Shown: piece by piece, positions 9,270 to 20,517 of the stretch
Layout: every line of letters begins with the position of its first letter
Numbering within the stretch: position 1 is the first letter of the stretch
NCBI GenBank assembly: GCA_965203275.1
Contig: OZ241865.1
Span: 320,001-384,000 of the forward strand
From: Bdellovibrionales bacterium
GTDB taxonomy: Bacteria; Bdellovibrionota; Bdellovibrionia; Bdellovibrionales; JAUICD01
DNA: 64,000 nucleotides
Reading direction: 5' to 3'
Program-made: the position numbers and the translations under genes
The notes under the pieces: generated by a model
Told to the model about the DNA's origin: nothing
What the model saw: the letters and a program-made list of their open reading frames with translations, nothing else
The model's database searches: none

Positions 9270-11891
9270 TTAACTTCCACAAGACAGGCACTCTGAGCTA
9301 TCTAAAGAACAAGCCACATTTTGTACAGTAGCAGTGACATGATCACTAGCAGGTTGCTGTGTTGATGCCACCACCGAAGAAGACGAATCTGTACCTGTAT
9401 AACGAGAGCCACTGATAGGCATAAGTGGTGTATTTTTAGAATGTGACATTTGATGATTTGATATTTTTTCTGAAGAGACTTTATTTATTTGTTGTAACTC
9501 TTCATAATCTACCTGATCAGATGTACGAGGCGGAGTCTGATGAGCTTGAACCTGTTTAGAGACTGTATTGTGGTTATCTAACGGATATGGTTTACTTAAT
9601 TGATTGTCTTTTTTTGCTTCTTTTTTTTGTTGTAATTCTTCTGTAAATTGAATAGCTTGTGCTGCTGCCTGTGTACGTAGATAATACATACCTGTCTTCA
9701 GTCCCATCTTCCAAGTATGAAAATGCATAGAAGTCATTTTTGCAAAGTCAGGAGTCTTTAAAAAGAGATTTAAACTTTGACTCTGATCAATAAAAGCCCC
9801 CCTCTGAGCAGCCATGTCAATAAGATCTTTTTGTGAAATCTCCCATATTGTTTTATAGAGGGCTTTAATATCACCTGGAATTTCATTGATATCTTGAATA
9901 GAACCCCCTGCAAGAATAATCTTGCTTTTAATCTGTGGATTCCAGAGATTTAAACGTATCAAATCATTCATTAAATGTTTGTTGACTACAGTAAACTCTC
10001 CAGATAGAACACGACGATTGTAAATATTAGAAGTGTAAGGTTCAATACATTCATTGTTGCCTAAAATTTGTGAGGTGGAAGCTGTAGGCATAGGAGCAAG
10101 TAATAAGCTATTTCTTAATCCATACTTTTTAATATCTGCTTTGAGTGTATCCCAATCCCACCTGTCAGAAGGCGTCACATCCCACATATCATATTGCAAA
10201 ATGCCTTTGCTTGCAGGACTGCCTTTAAAAGATTGATAAGGCTCTTGTTCTTTAGCTAGCTCCATGGAAGCTTTTAAAGCTGCAAAATAAATGGTTTCAA
10301 AAATTTCTTTATTAAGCTCTTTGGCTTTAAGAGACGTGAAAGGCAAATGAAGTAGAATAAAAACATCAGCAAGTCCTTGCACCCCAATACCAATAGGTCG
10401 ATGCCTCATATTGGATTTTTTAGCTTCTTTCACAGGATAATAGTTCAGATCAATAACTTTGTTGAGGTTCTTAGTAATTATTTGTGTTACTTCAAAGAGC
10501 TTTTGATGATCAAAATGGTCTTTATTGACGAATTTAGGTAAAGCAATAGAAGCTAGATTACAAACAGCAATTTCATCTTTTGATGTGTATTCTATGATTT
10601 CAGTGCAGAGATTACTGGATTTAATAGTACCTAAGTTGTTTTGATTGGATTTTTTATTAGCATGGTCTTTATAGAGAATATAAGGAGTTCCTGTTTCAAT
10701 TTGGGATTCTAAAATTTTAAACCACAAATGTTGTGCCTTAATGGTTTGCCTTGCCCTGCCTTCTTTTTCATATTTTAAATAAAGCTTTTCAAACGCCTCT
10801 CCATAACAATCAGCAAGGCCAGGAGACTCATTAGGACAGAAAAGAGACCAATTTTTATTTTGTTTTACCCTCTGCATAAAAAGATCAGGTACCCAAAGAG
10901 CATAAAAGAGATCTCTTCCTCTTTGTTCTTCTTTACCGTGGTTCTTCCTCAAATCTAAAAAGTGAAAAATATCAGCATGCCATGGCTCTAAATAAATAGT
11001 AAAGGCTCCTTTACGCTTGCCCCCACCTTGATCCACATATCTAGCAGTATCATTGAAAACCCTCAACATAGGGACAATACCATTCGAAGTGCCATTGGTG
11101 CCACGAATATAACTACCCGTAGCCCTGATATTATGGATGCTCAAGCCAATACCTCCAGCAGATTGCGAAATCAAGGCACAATTTTTAAGAGTCTCGTAAA
11201 TACCTTCAATACTGTCCTCTGACATAGCAAGAAGAAAACAAGAAGACATTTGAGGCTTAGGAGTCCCTGCATTAAATAATGTGGGGGATGCATGAATAAA
11301 CCACTTTTCTGAAAGTAAATTATAAGTTTCAATAGCTGCTTGAATATTCTCTCTATGAATGCCAAGAGCTACACGCATGAGCATGTGTTGAGGTCTTTCT
11401 GCAATTTGACCATCAATCTTTAAAAGATAAGACCTTTCAAGAGTTTTAAAACCAAAATAATCATAATCAAAGTCTCTATCATAAATAATAGCTGAATCTA
11501 GTTGATCTTTGTATTTCATAATGATTTCAAAAATATCATCAGCAATGAGAGAGGCTTTTTCATTGTTTTTAGCACTCACATATTTATGAAGCCTTTCCAT
11601 TGTTTTAGAAAAAGATTTTTTTGTGCATTTATGAAGATTCGAAACGGCAATTCTGGCAGCCAGTAGTGCAAAGTCAGGATGCTTGGTCGTTAAGTAAGCT
11701 GCTGTTTCAGCTGCAAGGTTGTCTAGCTCTACAGTGGTCACCCCATCATAAACTCCAGATATAACTTTCTTCGCTATCTCTATGGGGTCAACAAACTCTC
11801 TGTCTAAAGCATAACAAAGCTTTCTAATGCGAGAAGTGATTTTATCAAACTTAACAGATTCTTTCCTACCATCCCTCTTGATCACATACAT
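9270..11891 (-). CDS. nrdA: Ribonucleoside-diphosphate reductase alpha subunit (class Ia, ATP-cone)
   Basis: ATP cone [42 protein letters not shown] and C-terminal CLSCGS. Confidence 0.97.
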   Translation of the reverse strand: MYVIKRDGRKESVKFDKITSRIRKLCYALDREFVDPIEIAKKVISGVYDGVTTVELDNLAAETAAYLTTKHPDFALLAARIAVSNLHKCTKKSFSKTMERLHKYVSAKNNEKASLIADDIFEIIMKYKDQLDSAIIYDRDFDYDYFGFKTLERSYLLKIDGQIAERPQHMLMRVALGIHRENIQAAIETYNLLSEKWFIHASPTLFNAGTPKPQMSSCFLLAMSEDSIEGIYETLKNCALISQSAGGIGLSIHNIRATGSYIRGTNGTSNGIVPMLRVFNDTARYVDQGGGKRKGAFTIYLEPWHADIFHFLDLRKNHGKEEQRGRDLFYALWVPDLFMQRVKQNKNWSLFCPNESPGLADCYGEAFEKLYLKYEKEGRARQTIKAQHLWFKILESQIETGTPYILYKDHANKKSNQNNLGTIKSSNLCTEIIEYTSKDEIAVCNLASIALPKFVNKDHFDHQKLFEVTQIITKNLNKVIDLNYYPVKEAKKSNMRHRPIGIGVQGLADVFILLHLPFTSLKAKELNKEIFETIYFAALKASMELAKEQEPYQSFKGSPASKGILQYDMWDVTPSDRWDWDTLKADIKKYGLRNSLLLAPMPTASTSQILGNNECIEPYTSNIYNRRVLSGEFTVVNKHLMNDLIRLNLWNPQIKSKIILAGGSIQDINEIPGDIKALYKTIWEISQKDLIDMAAQRGAFIDQSQSLNLFLKTPDFAKMTSMHFHTWKMGLKTGMYYLRTQAAAQAIQFTEELQQKKEAKKDNQLSKPYPLDNHNTVSKQVQAHQTPPRTSDQVDYEELQQINKVSSEKISNHQMSHSKNTPLMPISGSRYTGTDSSSSVVASTQQPASDHVTATVQNVACSLDSSECLSCGS

Positions 11892-12352
11892 AGAAAATAC
11901 CCTTCTGTTGTTTTATTTTAAAATATTAATCATCATGTTTGTTTTTTGTTTGAATTCTTAAGGTCTACTGTCATAGCATAAATGAAAAATATCTTTATAA
12001 AATTAATTTTTAAAATTATTATTATTGATTGTTTTAGAAAAATGAACACTTTTTTCTTACAAATGTCTTTCATAAAGCAATTTAATAAAGCTTAAACAAA
12101 GTTTCAATCAAAAAATGTCAATGACAAAAAATTTTAGGAATAAGGATGAATGACAAACCGTGTTAAATTTTTTGTTCAAAAGCGATTTAAAGCGATTTTC
12201 AAGAAGTTAATATAAGAATTTCTTAATTATACAATAGAATGACGCAATGCTTTTTTATTTATTTTTACTAGACAACAGTCCATAGGCACCTTAAAATATA
12301 ATAAGGTTGAGAGTATCAAAAACGTTGAGAGTACTAAAAAAGGGGGGAGGAT

Positions 12353-14068
12353 ATGCTTTTTAACTCAAAAAATGCACAAGACGTGCTATTTAAATCCAAA
12401 CATTTTTTAAAATCATCAATACCAACATTTTTATTTTTAGTAATTCCACTGCTAGTTGCCTGCACTCAAAGACAACAAACCCAAGAACAAGAAGCCACAA
12501 ATGGACAACAAGCCACTCAAAATAAAGCAACAGAAAAAATCTTTACATACTGCTCCGAAGGTTCTCCTAGCACATTAAATCCACAAATGGCATCAGATGG
12601 TAGTTCATTTACTGCTACTCGACCTATTTATAATCGCCTTTTTGATTACGAGAACGGCACAACTAATATGATTCCTAGTTTGCTTGAAAAATGGGATGAA
12701 AAAAAGGGAGTAACTCCTGATGGTTTGCAATACACATTTGAACTCAAAAAAGATGTGTCATTTCATACGACACCCTATTTTACCCCTACCAGGACGCTGA
12801 ATGCAGATGACATTATTTTTTCTTTTAAAAGGCAAATAGATCCCAAACATCCTTATCATAAGGTGAATGGAGGGATTTATCAATACGCTAATTCCACGGG
12901 TATAAATAATATCATTAAAGATATTGTCAAAATAGATGAACATAAAGTAAAGTTTATTCTCTCTCAACCCAATGCTGTTTTTACTGCTTTTCTAGCTATG
13001 GATTTTGCAGCTATTTTTTCTAAAGAGTATGCTGATGAGCTTCTTGAAGCTAAAACGCCAGAAAAAATAGACAATCAACCTATTGGTACAGGTCCTTTTG
13101 TACTTAATGAATATATCAAAGATAACCTCATTCGCTATAAAGCCCACCCTCATTACTTCGACCAAAAAGGCAATATTGATACACTTATTTTTGCTATCAC
13201 AACTGACGCTAGTGTCAGATTACAAAAGCTTAAAAATAACGAGTGTCAGCTTATGACTTATCCTGACCCTGCAGATCTCAACACAATTAAAAATGATAAA
13301 AACTTAACACTCCTTGAAGCTCAAGGTATGAACGTAGGTTATTTAACTATTAATGTGAAGAAAGAACCATTTGATAACAAACTTGTACGTCAAGCTTTAA
13401 ATCATGCCTTAAATAAAGAAGCTTATATTGCATCTATTTATTTGGGACACGCTCAAAAGGCTAGCAATATGCTCCCTCCAACAATATGGGGATATCATGA
13501 TCACCTTAAAAAATATGAATACAGTGTAGAAAAAGCAAAAGCTTTGTTAAAAAAAGCAGGAATTTCTGATGGCTTTGAGACAGACCTTTGGACTTTACCA
13601 GTTGCTAGGCCCTATCTTCCCTCTGGGAGAAGATTAGGTGAAATGATGCAAATAGATCTCTCAAAAATAGGCATACGTGTGAAATTAGTTACATTTGATT
13701 GGCCAACATATTTAGATAAAACAACTCGTGGAGAACACACTTTAGCACATCATGGATGGACGGCTGATGTACCTGATCCAGATAATTATTTCGACATACT
13801 TTTAAGTTGTGCTGCTGTTGATGGGGGACTGAATCGATCAAGATGGTGTCATAAACCTTATAGTGCATTAGTGACTCAAGCTAGAGAAATCACTCACCGT
13901 CAAAAAAGAATTGAACTCTACAGGAAGGCTCAAGAAATTTATAAAGAAGAAAGCCCAACAATCCCGATCGCTCATGCTCAACTCTACCGTGGAATGAGAA
14001 AAAATATTTCTGGTTATAAAATTTCTCCTCTAGGGCAGGATATTTTTACATATATAGACATAGAATAA
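12353..14068 (+). CDS. dppA: ABC transporter dipeptide-binding lipoprotein (DppA-like), paralog 1
   Basis: YCSEGSP, FHTT.YF.PTR.LNADD..FSF.RQ, PIGTGPF; lipobox LVAC. Confidence 0.88.
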   Translation: MLFNSKNAQDVLFKSKHFLKSSIPTFLFLVIPLLVACTQRQQTQEQEATNGQQATQNKATEKIFTYCSEGSPSTLNPQMASDGSSFTATRPIYNRLFDYENGTTNMIPSLLEKWDEKKGVTPDGLQYTFELKKDVSFHTTPYFTPTRTLNADDIIFSFKRQIDPKHPYHKVNGGIYQYANSTGINNIIKDIVKIDEHKVKFILSQPNAVFTAFLAMDFAAIFSKEYADELLEAKTPEKIDNQPIGTGPFVLNEYIKDNLIRYKAHPHYFDQKGNIDTLIFAITTDASVRLQKLKNNECQLMTYPDPADLNTIKNDKNLTLLEAQGMNVGYLTINVKKEPFDNKLVRQALNHALNKEAYIASIYLGHAQKASNMLPPTIWGYHDHLKKYEYSVEKAKALLKKAGISDGFETDLWTLPVARPYLPSGRRLGEMMQIDLSKIGIRVKLVTFDWPTYLDKTTRGEHTLAHHGWTADVPDPDNYFDILLSCAAVDGGLNRSRWCHKPYSALVTQAREITHRQKRIELYRKAQEIYKEESPTIPIAHAQLYRGMRKNISGYKISPLGQDIFTYIDIE

Positions 14069-14130
14069 AATTTGATTTCGATACCATAATTATAAAATAA
14101 AGCAATGAGGAAGTAATAAGGGGGATCACA

Positions 14131-15810
14131 ATGACTAGAAAACATAATTTAAAATTTTTTATTTTAATGCTTTGTCCTTTTTTAACAGTGGCTTGCACAC
14201 AGTCTTGTACGCAACAGTCTCCAGAGGAAGAAACTCAGACAACAGTACAAGGGGCCACACAAGAAACATCAAATAATACAACAGACAAAACCTTTGTGTA
14301 TTGTTCTGAAGGCTCTCCAGAGAATTTTAATCCTCAGTTAGCTACTTCTCGAACATCTGCAAATGCTGGTTACCCTGTTTACAATCGTCTTTTTGATTAC
14401 GAGCATGGGACAACAAAGATTATTCCCTCCTTAGCAGAAAAAAACTATGAAATCAATAATGAAGGTAAGGAATATATCATTCCTCTCAAGAAAAATATAA
14501 AATTTCATACCACAGAATATTTTACACCTACTAGAGATATGAACGCGGATGATGTGATCTTTTCCTTTAAAAGACAAATGGACCCCAAACATCCTTATCA
14601 TAATGTCTCTGGTGGTATATATGAAATATTTTCTTCTATGAGTATGAATAAAACCATTCAAGATATTGTAAAAATAGATGAACATAAAGTGAAATTTGTA
14701 CTCTCTCAACCAGATGCTCCCTTCCTTAACAATATAGCTTTTGGTATTGGATCCATTTTATCTAAAGAATATGCTGATAATATGCTAGAAGCTAAAACAC
14801 CTGAAAAGATAGATCACTACCCTATCGGTACAGGCCCTTTTGTTTTTGAAGATTACATTAAAGATAGTACAATTCAATATAAGGCCTTTCCTGATTATTT
14901 TGACAAAAGAGGCAATATCCAAACACTTGTTTTTGCCATCACACCTGATGCCAATGTAAGACTTCAAAAATTAAGAAACAATGAATGCCATCTGATAGCT
15001 TATCCTGACCCAGCTGATTTTGAAATTATCAAAAGAAATGAAAACCTCACTCTTTTAGAAAAATCTGGTTTAAATGTAGGCTATTTAGCTATTAATGTCA
15101 CTAAGAGACCTTTTGATAATGTCTTAGTACGTCAAGCTTTAAACCATGCCCTTAACAGGGACTCTTATATTAATGCAGTGTATTTAAACCATGCTCAAAT
15201 AGCCCACACACCTCTCCCCCCTGCTAGCTGGGGTCATAATGATCAGGTACAAAAATATGATTATAATATAGATAAAGCAAAGGCCTTGTTAAAAAAAGCA
15301 GGCTTAACAAGTGGCTTTGAAACAGATCTTTGGATTTTGCCTGTCTCTCGACCCTATATCCCCTCTAGCAGAAGACTAGGAGAAATGATGCAAAGAGATT
15401 TAGCCAAGGTCGGCATTCGTGTCAATTTAGTGACCTATGATTGGGGAACTTATCTAGATAAGTTGAGTAAAGGAGAGCATGTGTTAGCACAAATAGGATG
15501 GATTGGTGATACTCCTGACCCAGATAATTTTCTTTACACTCTTTTAAGCTGTGATGCTGTAAAAGGAGGTTCTAATAATACAAAGTGGTGTCATGTACCT
15601 TATGATGATCTTGTCAATAAAGCTAAGATTTCTACAGATACTCAAGAGAGAACTCAACTCTATAAGGAAGCTCAAATGATCTTTAGTCAACAAGTCCCCT
15701 GGGTACCACTAGCTTATGCTAAAGTTTATCGTGCTATTAGAAAAAATATATCAGGCTATCAGATAGATCCTTTAGGCCGTGCTGTTTTCACTTATGTGGA
15801 AGTTAAATAA
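14131..15810 (+). CDS. dppA: ABC transporter dipeptide-binding lipoprotein (DppA-like), paralog 2
   Basis: Same family-5 motifs as the upstream paralog; lipobox TVAC. Confidence 0.88.
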   Translation: MTRKHNLKFFILMLCPFLTVACTQSCTQQSPEEETQTTVQGATQETSNNTTDKTFVYCSEGSPENFNPQLATSRTSANAGYPVYNRLFDYEHGTTKIIPSLAEKNYEINNEGKEYIIPLKKNIKFHTTEYFTPTRDMNADDVIFSFKRQMDPKHPYHNVSGGIYEIFSSMSMNKTIQDIVKIDEHKVKFVLSQPDAPFLNNIAFGIGSILSKEYADNMLEAKTPEKIDHYPIGTGPFVFEDYIKDSTIQYKAFPDYFDKRGNIQTLVFAITPDANVRLQKLRNNECHLIAYPDPADFEIIKRNENLTLLEKSGLNVGYLAINVTKRPFDNVLVRQALNHALNRDSYINAVYLNHAQIAHTPLPPASWGHNDQVQKYDYNIDKAKALLKKAGLTSGFETDLWILPVSRPYIPSSRRLGEMMQRDLAKVGIRVNLVTYDWGTYLDKLSKGEHVLAQIGWIGDTPDPDNFLYTLLSCDAVKGGSNNTKWCHVPYDDLVNKAKISTDTQERTQLYKEAQMIFSQQVPWVPLAYAKVYRAIRKNISGYQIDPLGRAVFTYVEVK

Positions 15811-16189
15811 AATTAAGCTTTGAAAGTGCTACCAAAGCACTCAGTGAAATGATCAATAAAGAACCTAATTTGATAGTCATTCTAAGTTCTAATTTGGAAA
15901 TAGACTCTTTGATTTTTATAATTTCTTTTTCTAGTACTTTAATATCTCTTTTAATTTCTTGATTGCTATTTTCCAGTAATTTAATATGATTTTCCAATAA
16001 TTTAATATGATTTGTGATATCTAGAATGTCTCTTTTAGTAGCTAAATCAGACTCAATGATCTCATGTAGAATGCGAACTTGTGCCTTTGCCTGTTGATCA
16101 GGTACACCGGCAATTCTTAAATCTTCTACATGTTTTAGTGCATTAAAACCCATAGTTACGAATATATCATAAGATATATCTATAAACAA
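15803..16189 (-). CDS. DUF1640/CCDC90-like coiled-coil membrane-anchored protein (start probably MGFNAL)
   Basis: FNALK..L..AG.P.QQAKA head, LATKRD neck, coiled coil, then LRMTIKLG plus a TM helix. Confidence 0.75.
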   Translation of the reverse strand: MFIDISYDIFVTMGFNALKHVEDLRIAGVPDQQAKAQVRILHEIIESDLATKRDILDITNHIKLLENHIKLLENSNQEIKRDIKVLEKEIIKIKESISKLELRMTIKLGSLLIISLSALVALSKLNFI

Positions 16190-16385
16190 GCATTTTTTAC
16201 TGTTTTTTATGCTTTTTTATGTATTTTATATTTTTGATAACCCTCATTTATATATGTAGCATAAGTATATTTTTTATCCTCAGGATATTTTGTAGAAGCT
16301 TAAATTTTATTTTTTAATTTTTTCACATTTGTGTCGATAAGACATTAAGATATTCAAATAAAATAATCCATATAAAGGATAAAAA

Positions 16386-17489
16386 ATGAGCAATGTTTTT
16401 AGTAGTGCTGTAGATACCTTTTTAGAACCTATTGCTGATCTGTTAGACAATGAGAGCGTCACAGAAGTGATGATCAATGGACCTTACGAAATTTTTATAG
16501 AAAAATCAGGTAAAGTCCATAAGGTTAAAAATCAATTTCCTAATGAAGATGCTCTCTTAGCAGCTATCAACAATATAGCACAAAGCGTAGGTCGAGTGAT
16601 TGACCATGAAAATCCAACCTTAGATGCCCGCTTGCCTCCACCTAAAAACTATCGCATACATGCTGTCATCCCACCTTGTGCTAGGAATGGCACGACCATA
16701 GCTATTCGTAAAGCTTCGAAAGTTCAAATGACCCTCAAAGATTATATTCGTTTTAAAGCTTTGACACCTGATGTGGCTCAATTTCTTGACCTTTCTGTTT
16801 TTTTGGGAAAGAACTGCCTCATCAGTGGCGGAACAGGATCAGGTAAGACAACACTTTTAGGCATTCTAGCAGGTCGTATTCCTAAGGGCCAGAGAGTGAT
16901 TGTGATTGAAGATTCTTCAGAGCTTTCAGTAGAATACGAACATGTTGTTTTTTTTGAAACAAAAATGGCAGATGAAGATGGCAAAGGGGAAGTCAGCATT
17001 CGAGACCTTCTTAAAAGTAGTCTGAGGTTAAGGCCTGATCGTATTATTGTAGGGGAGGTGAGAGGCGGAGAGGCACTTGAACTGATCAGTGCTATGAATA
17101 CAGGACATAAAGGTTGTTTTGGTACAATCCATTCAAATTCTCCAGCTGATGCCCTGGTGAGATTAGAAGCCCTTGCTATGGGAACAGATGCTAAAATTAG
17201 TGAAAAGGCTCTTGGACAGCAAATTGGTTCAGCCATTGATCTGGTGGTGCAAATATCTCGGTTTTCTGATGGGAGCCGACGCATTCACAGTGTAGCCGAG
17301 GTGCTTAATTATGATGCTAAAGGATTTTACAACCTTCGCACTATTTATGAACTAACCAATATGGCAAAAGGAGAGGACGGTCGATTGGTCGGTGAAATTC
17401 AACCTACAGGTATAATCCCCTCTTACATGCATGAGATTGAAGCAAATCGTATCCCCTTCCCCCGAAACAAATTTAAAAAAGTAGCCTAA
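16386..17489 (+). CDS. cpaF: CpaF/TadA-family pilus assembly ATPase
   Basis: GGTGSGKTT, IEDSSEL, LRLRPDRIIVGEVRGGEA, AMNTGH.G..GTIH. Confidence 0.9.
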   Translation: MSNVFSSAVDTFLEPIADLLDNESVTEVMINGPYEIFIEKSGKVHKVKNQFPNEDALLAAINNIAQSVGRVIDHENPTLDARLPPPKNYRIHAVIPPCARNGTTIAIRKASKVQMTLKDYIRFKALTPDVAQFLDLSVFLGKNCLISGGTGSGKTTLLGILAGRIPKGQRVIVIEDSSELSVEYEHVVFFETKMADEDGKGEVSIRDLLKSSLRLRPDRIIVGEVRGGEALELISAMNTGHKGCFGTIHSNSPADALVRLEALAMGTDAKISEKALGQQIGSAIDLVVQISRFSDGSRRIHSVAEVLNYDAKGFYNLRTIYELTNMAKGEDGRLVGEIQPTGIIPSYMHEIEANRIPFPRNKFKKVA

Positions 17490-17752
17490 TCTAAAAAAAA
17501 ACAATCTCATTTTTGAAAACATCTCTTAAGCTTATTTATAAAGTATATACTTGATTATTATTTTTGCTCTTAAAGACTTAAAAATACTATAGAAGTTAAA
17601 CAAACATACATCCTTCCATGAATAGAATCTATTTTCAGCAGAGAAAGAAACATATCAAAGTTCTATATTGCATTATTTTGATGGAAAATAAACCCTGTTT
17701 TTACTTGATCTTTTATTTGATTTATATGTAGATAGTTATAAATGGAGGCTTT

Positions 17753-19117
17753 ATGAAAAATCTTCCACCTTTTAAAATTAAAATGGTAGAGAGCATTACC
17801 TTACCTCCCTTAGAGGTAAGAGAAGACAGACTTAAGAATGCTTATTTGAATATGTTTTTAATACCTGCCAAAGATGTTTATATTGATCTTCTGACAGATA
17901 GTGGCACAAGTGCTATGAGTGATCGACAATGGAGTCATTTACTTTTAGGTGATGAGTCCTATGCGGGTTCTCAAAGTTTTTATCATTTTCAAAAAGTTGC
18001 TCAAAAACTTTTTGGCCATGAATATATCATCCCTACTCATCAAGGCAGAGGAGCAGAGCATATATTCTTTTCTACATTGATAGAAAAACCTCACGTTATT
18101 ATTCCTAATAATACACATTTTGACACCACAAGAGCCAATATTGAACAACTTGGAGGTATCGCCTTAGATTTTCCATGCAAAGAAGCATTAGATATAAGTA
18201 AGCCCTATCCCTTTAAAGGTAATATGGATTTAGAAAAGTTAGAAAAGATCATTAAAGAGAAAGGCAAGGAATGCATCCCTTTTGTGATGATGACAATTAC
18301 AAACAATGCTGGTGGAGGACAACCTGCTAGCTTAGAAAACATGAAGGCTGTTAAGAAAATTTTAGATAAATATAAAATAGCATTTTTCTTAGATGCGTGT
18401 CGTTTTGCTGAAAACTGTTATTTCATTCAACAAAGAGAATCAGGATACAACAACAAATCCATCAGAGAAATTGCATTAGAAGTATTTGCTTTAAGTGATG
18501 GCTGTATTATGTCAGGGAAAAAAGACGCCCTTACAAATATTGGCGGATTTATCACTTTAAAAAAGAACAACCTCTTAAAAAAGCAATTGTTTCAGGCTCT
18601 CTGTGATCAGTTAATTTTGTGTGAAGGCTTTAGAACCTATGGAGGACTAGCTGGAAGGGACTTAGAAGCTATGGCTCAAGGTTTACAAGAGGTTGTAGAA
18701 AAGGATTATTTATCTTACCGAATAGGGCAAGTTGAAATGTTAAGCGATATGTTAAGTCAGGAAGGTATTTCTATTATGAAGCCTTCTGGAGGGCATGCTG
18801 TCTATGTGGATGCTTCTCATTTTTTGCCACATATTCTAAAAGAACACTTCCCAGGGCAGGCTCTTGTGATAGCTCTTTATCGTGATTTTGGTATTCGAGC
18901 TGTAGAAATTGGATCTGTGATGTTCCCCAACCCTCCTCCTCGGTTAGAGTTAGTTAGGTTAGCCATTCCCCGCAGGGTTTACAGCAATGATCAAATAAGG
19001 TATGTAGGAGAAGCTTTATGTCAACTGTACCACAAAAAAGATCAAATAACAGGTGTGAAGATTATAGAACAGCCACCTTTTCTAAGGCATTTCACTGCTA
19101 AGTTTGCCTCACTTTAA
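17753..19117 (+). CDS. tnaA: Tryptophanase / tyrosine phenol-lyase family (PLP beta-eliminating lyase)
   Basis: DLLTDSGT, GDESYAGS, THQGRGAE, MSGKKD and LELVRLAIPRRVY. TnaA versus Tpl cannot be resolved by eye. Confidence 0.8.
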   Translation: MKNLPPFKIKMVESITLPPLEVREDRLKNAYLNMFLIPAKDVYIDLLTDSGTSAMSDRQWSHLLLGDESYAGSQSFYHFQKVAQKLFGHEYIIPTHQGRGAEHIFFSTLIEKPHVIIPNNTHFDTTRANIEQLGGIALDFPCKEALDISKPYPFKGNMDLEKLEKIIKEKGKECIPFVMMTITNNAGGGQPASLENMKAVKKILDKYKIAFFLDACRFAENCYFIQQRESGYNNKSIREIALEVFALSDGCIMSGKKDALTNIGGFITLKKNNLLKKQLFQALCDQLILCEGFRTYGGLAGRDLEAMAQGLQEVVEKDYLSYRIGQVEMLSDMLSQEGISIMKPSGGHAVYVDASHFLPHILKEHFPGQALVIALYRDFGIRAVEIGSVMFPNPPPRLELVRLAIPRRVYSNDQIRYVGEALCQLYHKKDQITGVKIIEQPPFLRHFTAKFASL

Positions 19118-19146
19118 AATATCTTCTTTCATATTACTGTCCGTAT

Positions 19147-19389
19147 CTATGTATTTAATTTTATAATAGTGAAAGTTTCTATCAAAGGGTTATGTAGAAT
19201 ATCACGGGCTATTTTTTCGACTTGTTGATAAGAGGTATCAGGACTTTCTTCTTGCACGTCTAAAATGATATATTTGCCTATTTGACAATTTTGAACTTTA
19301 AACCCTTCATGTTGAAGAGCCTGCAAAACAGCCCTTCCTTTAGAGTCTAAAACCTCTGGCTTAGGTAAAATATGCACACCCCATTTCAT
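19147..19389 (-). CDS. purS: Phosphoribosylformylglycinamidine synthase subunit PurS
   Basis: KPEVLD.KG.AV..AL, IGK, LHNPLIE; adjacent to purC. Confidence 0.9.
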   Translation of the reverse strand: MKWGVHILPKPEVLDSKGRAVLQALQHEGFKVQNCQIGKYIILDVQEESPDTSYQQVEKIARDILHNPLIETFTIIKLNT

Positions 19390-19417
19390 TTTATAAACTC
19401 CTATAATCTACAAACAT

Positions 19418-20155
19418 CTAAGATATTTTTTGCAAACGATCTAATATTATTTGATAGCCAAGCTGAACGTCCCCTAAGTCAAAACGAAAGCGATCCTTAT
19501 CAAGTTTTTCATTTGTTTTGATATCCCAAATACGACATGTATCAGGTGAAATTTCATCTCCTAGCATAATATCACTTGCCTGTCCTATTCCAAACTCTAA
19601 TTTAAAATCCACTAAATGAAATCCTGCTAAAGTAAATACCTTTATTAAATGCTTGTTGATTTCTAAAGCCATCTTTTTGAGGGTTTGTAGTGTGGATGAA
19701 TCTGTTGCCTTTAAAAGCAAGGCATGGTCTTCGTTGATTAAAGGGTCTTTTAGTGAGTCTGATTTAAAATAGAGTTCAATGAGCGGAGGGTTTATATCCT
19801 TGCCTTCTTTAAGACCTAAGCGTTTTTTAAGAGAGCCTGCGACTTTATTCCTCACAACGACTTCTAAAGGGATCATTTTTAACTTTTGTGTTAAAAGCAT
19901 AGTATTTTGTTCTGTTATAAAATGTGTTGTTAGCCCTTGTTTTTGAAGATATTTAAAGAGCATGCAAGATATGGTATGATTTAAGAGGCCTTTATTTTTT
20001 AAAGTGGTTTTTTTTTCTCCATTAAAAGCTGTGAGACTATCTTTAAATTCTTGTAAAACAAGGTTGGGTTGATCTATCACCTGATAGATGCGTTTGGCCT
20101 TGCCTTCATAAAGTAAACAGCCTTTTTGAATATTTTGATAAGACATCTTTGTCAT
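19418..20155 (-). CDS. purC: SAICAR synthetase
   Basis: LLYEGKAK, IPLEVVVRN..AGS, LVDFKLEFG, DEISPDTCR.WD, DKDRFR. Start adjusted to MTKMS. Confidence 0.95.
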   Translation of the reverse strand: MTKMSYQNIQKGCLLYEGKAKRIYQVIDQPNLVLQEFKDSLTAFNGEKKTTLKNKGLLNHTISCMLFKYLQKQGLTTHFITEQNTMLLTQKLKMIPLEVVVRNKVAGSLKKRLGLKEGKDINPPLIELYFKSDSLKDPLINEDHALLLKATDSSTLQTLKKMALEINKHLIKVFTLAGFHLVDFKLEFGIGQASDIMLGDEISPDTCRIWDIKTNEKLDKDRFRFDLGDVQLGYQIILDRLQKIS

Positions 20156-20199
20156 AATATAGGTTATATAATCAATTAAAAGACAAATGACAATCTTTT

Positions 20200-20490
20200 T
20201 CTTTAACATGGTGTTAAAAGACGAAAGGATCCTCCCTACTAAAAGTGGTCAGACAGCAAGCTTCTCTGAAGCTTGCCATGTAACAACACTAGGTTGCCAG
20301 CCTTGATGAAAGAACTTTTTCCTTAACATCATGTTAAAAGACGAAGAGATCCTTCCCTACTAAAAGTGGTCAGACAGCAAGCTTCTCTGAAGCTTGCCAT
20401 GTAACAACACTAGGTTGCCAGCATTTGAGAAGGCGGTAGCCTTCGGCTGGCAACCAGAAAGTGACCAGAGGTCAGACCACTTTTAGTGCA
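20200..20490. repeat. Structured repeat family copies with a ~121-bp internal duplication
   Basis: ccttaaca..gttaa, ggatcc, actaaaagtggtc..gaccacttttagtg. Confidence 0.85.
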
Positions 20491-20517
20491 AATCAAAAGA
20501 ATATCCTACTGAGCGTA

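Noticed and set aside
16778..17284. Long antisense ORFs (also 35003-35749, 6792-7122, 27154-27426, 61198-61437)
   Set aside because: They are shadow frames of well-supported genes on the opposite strand.
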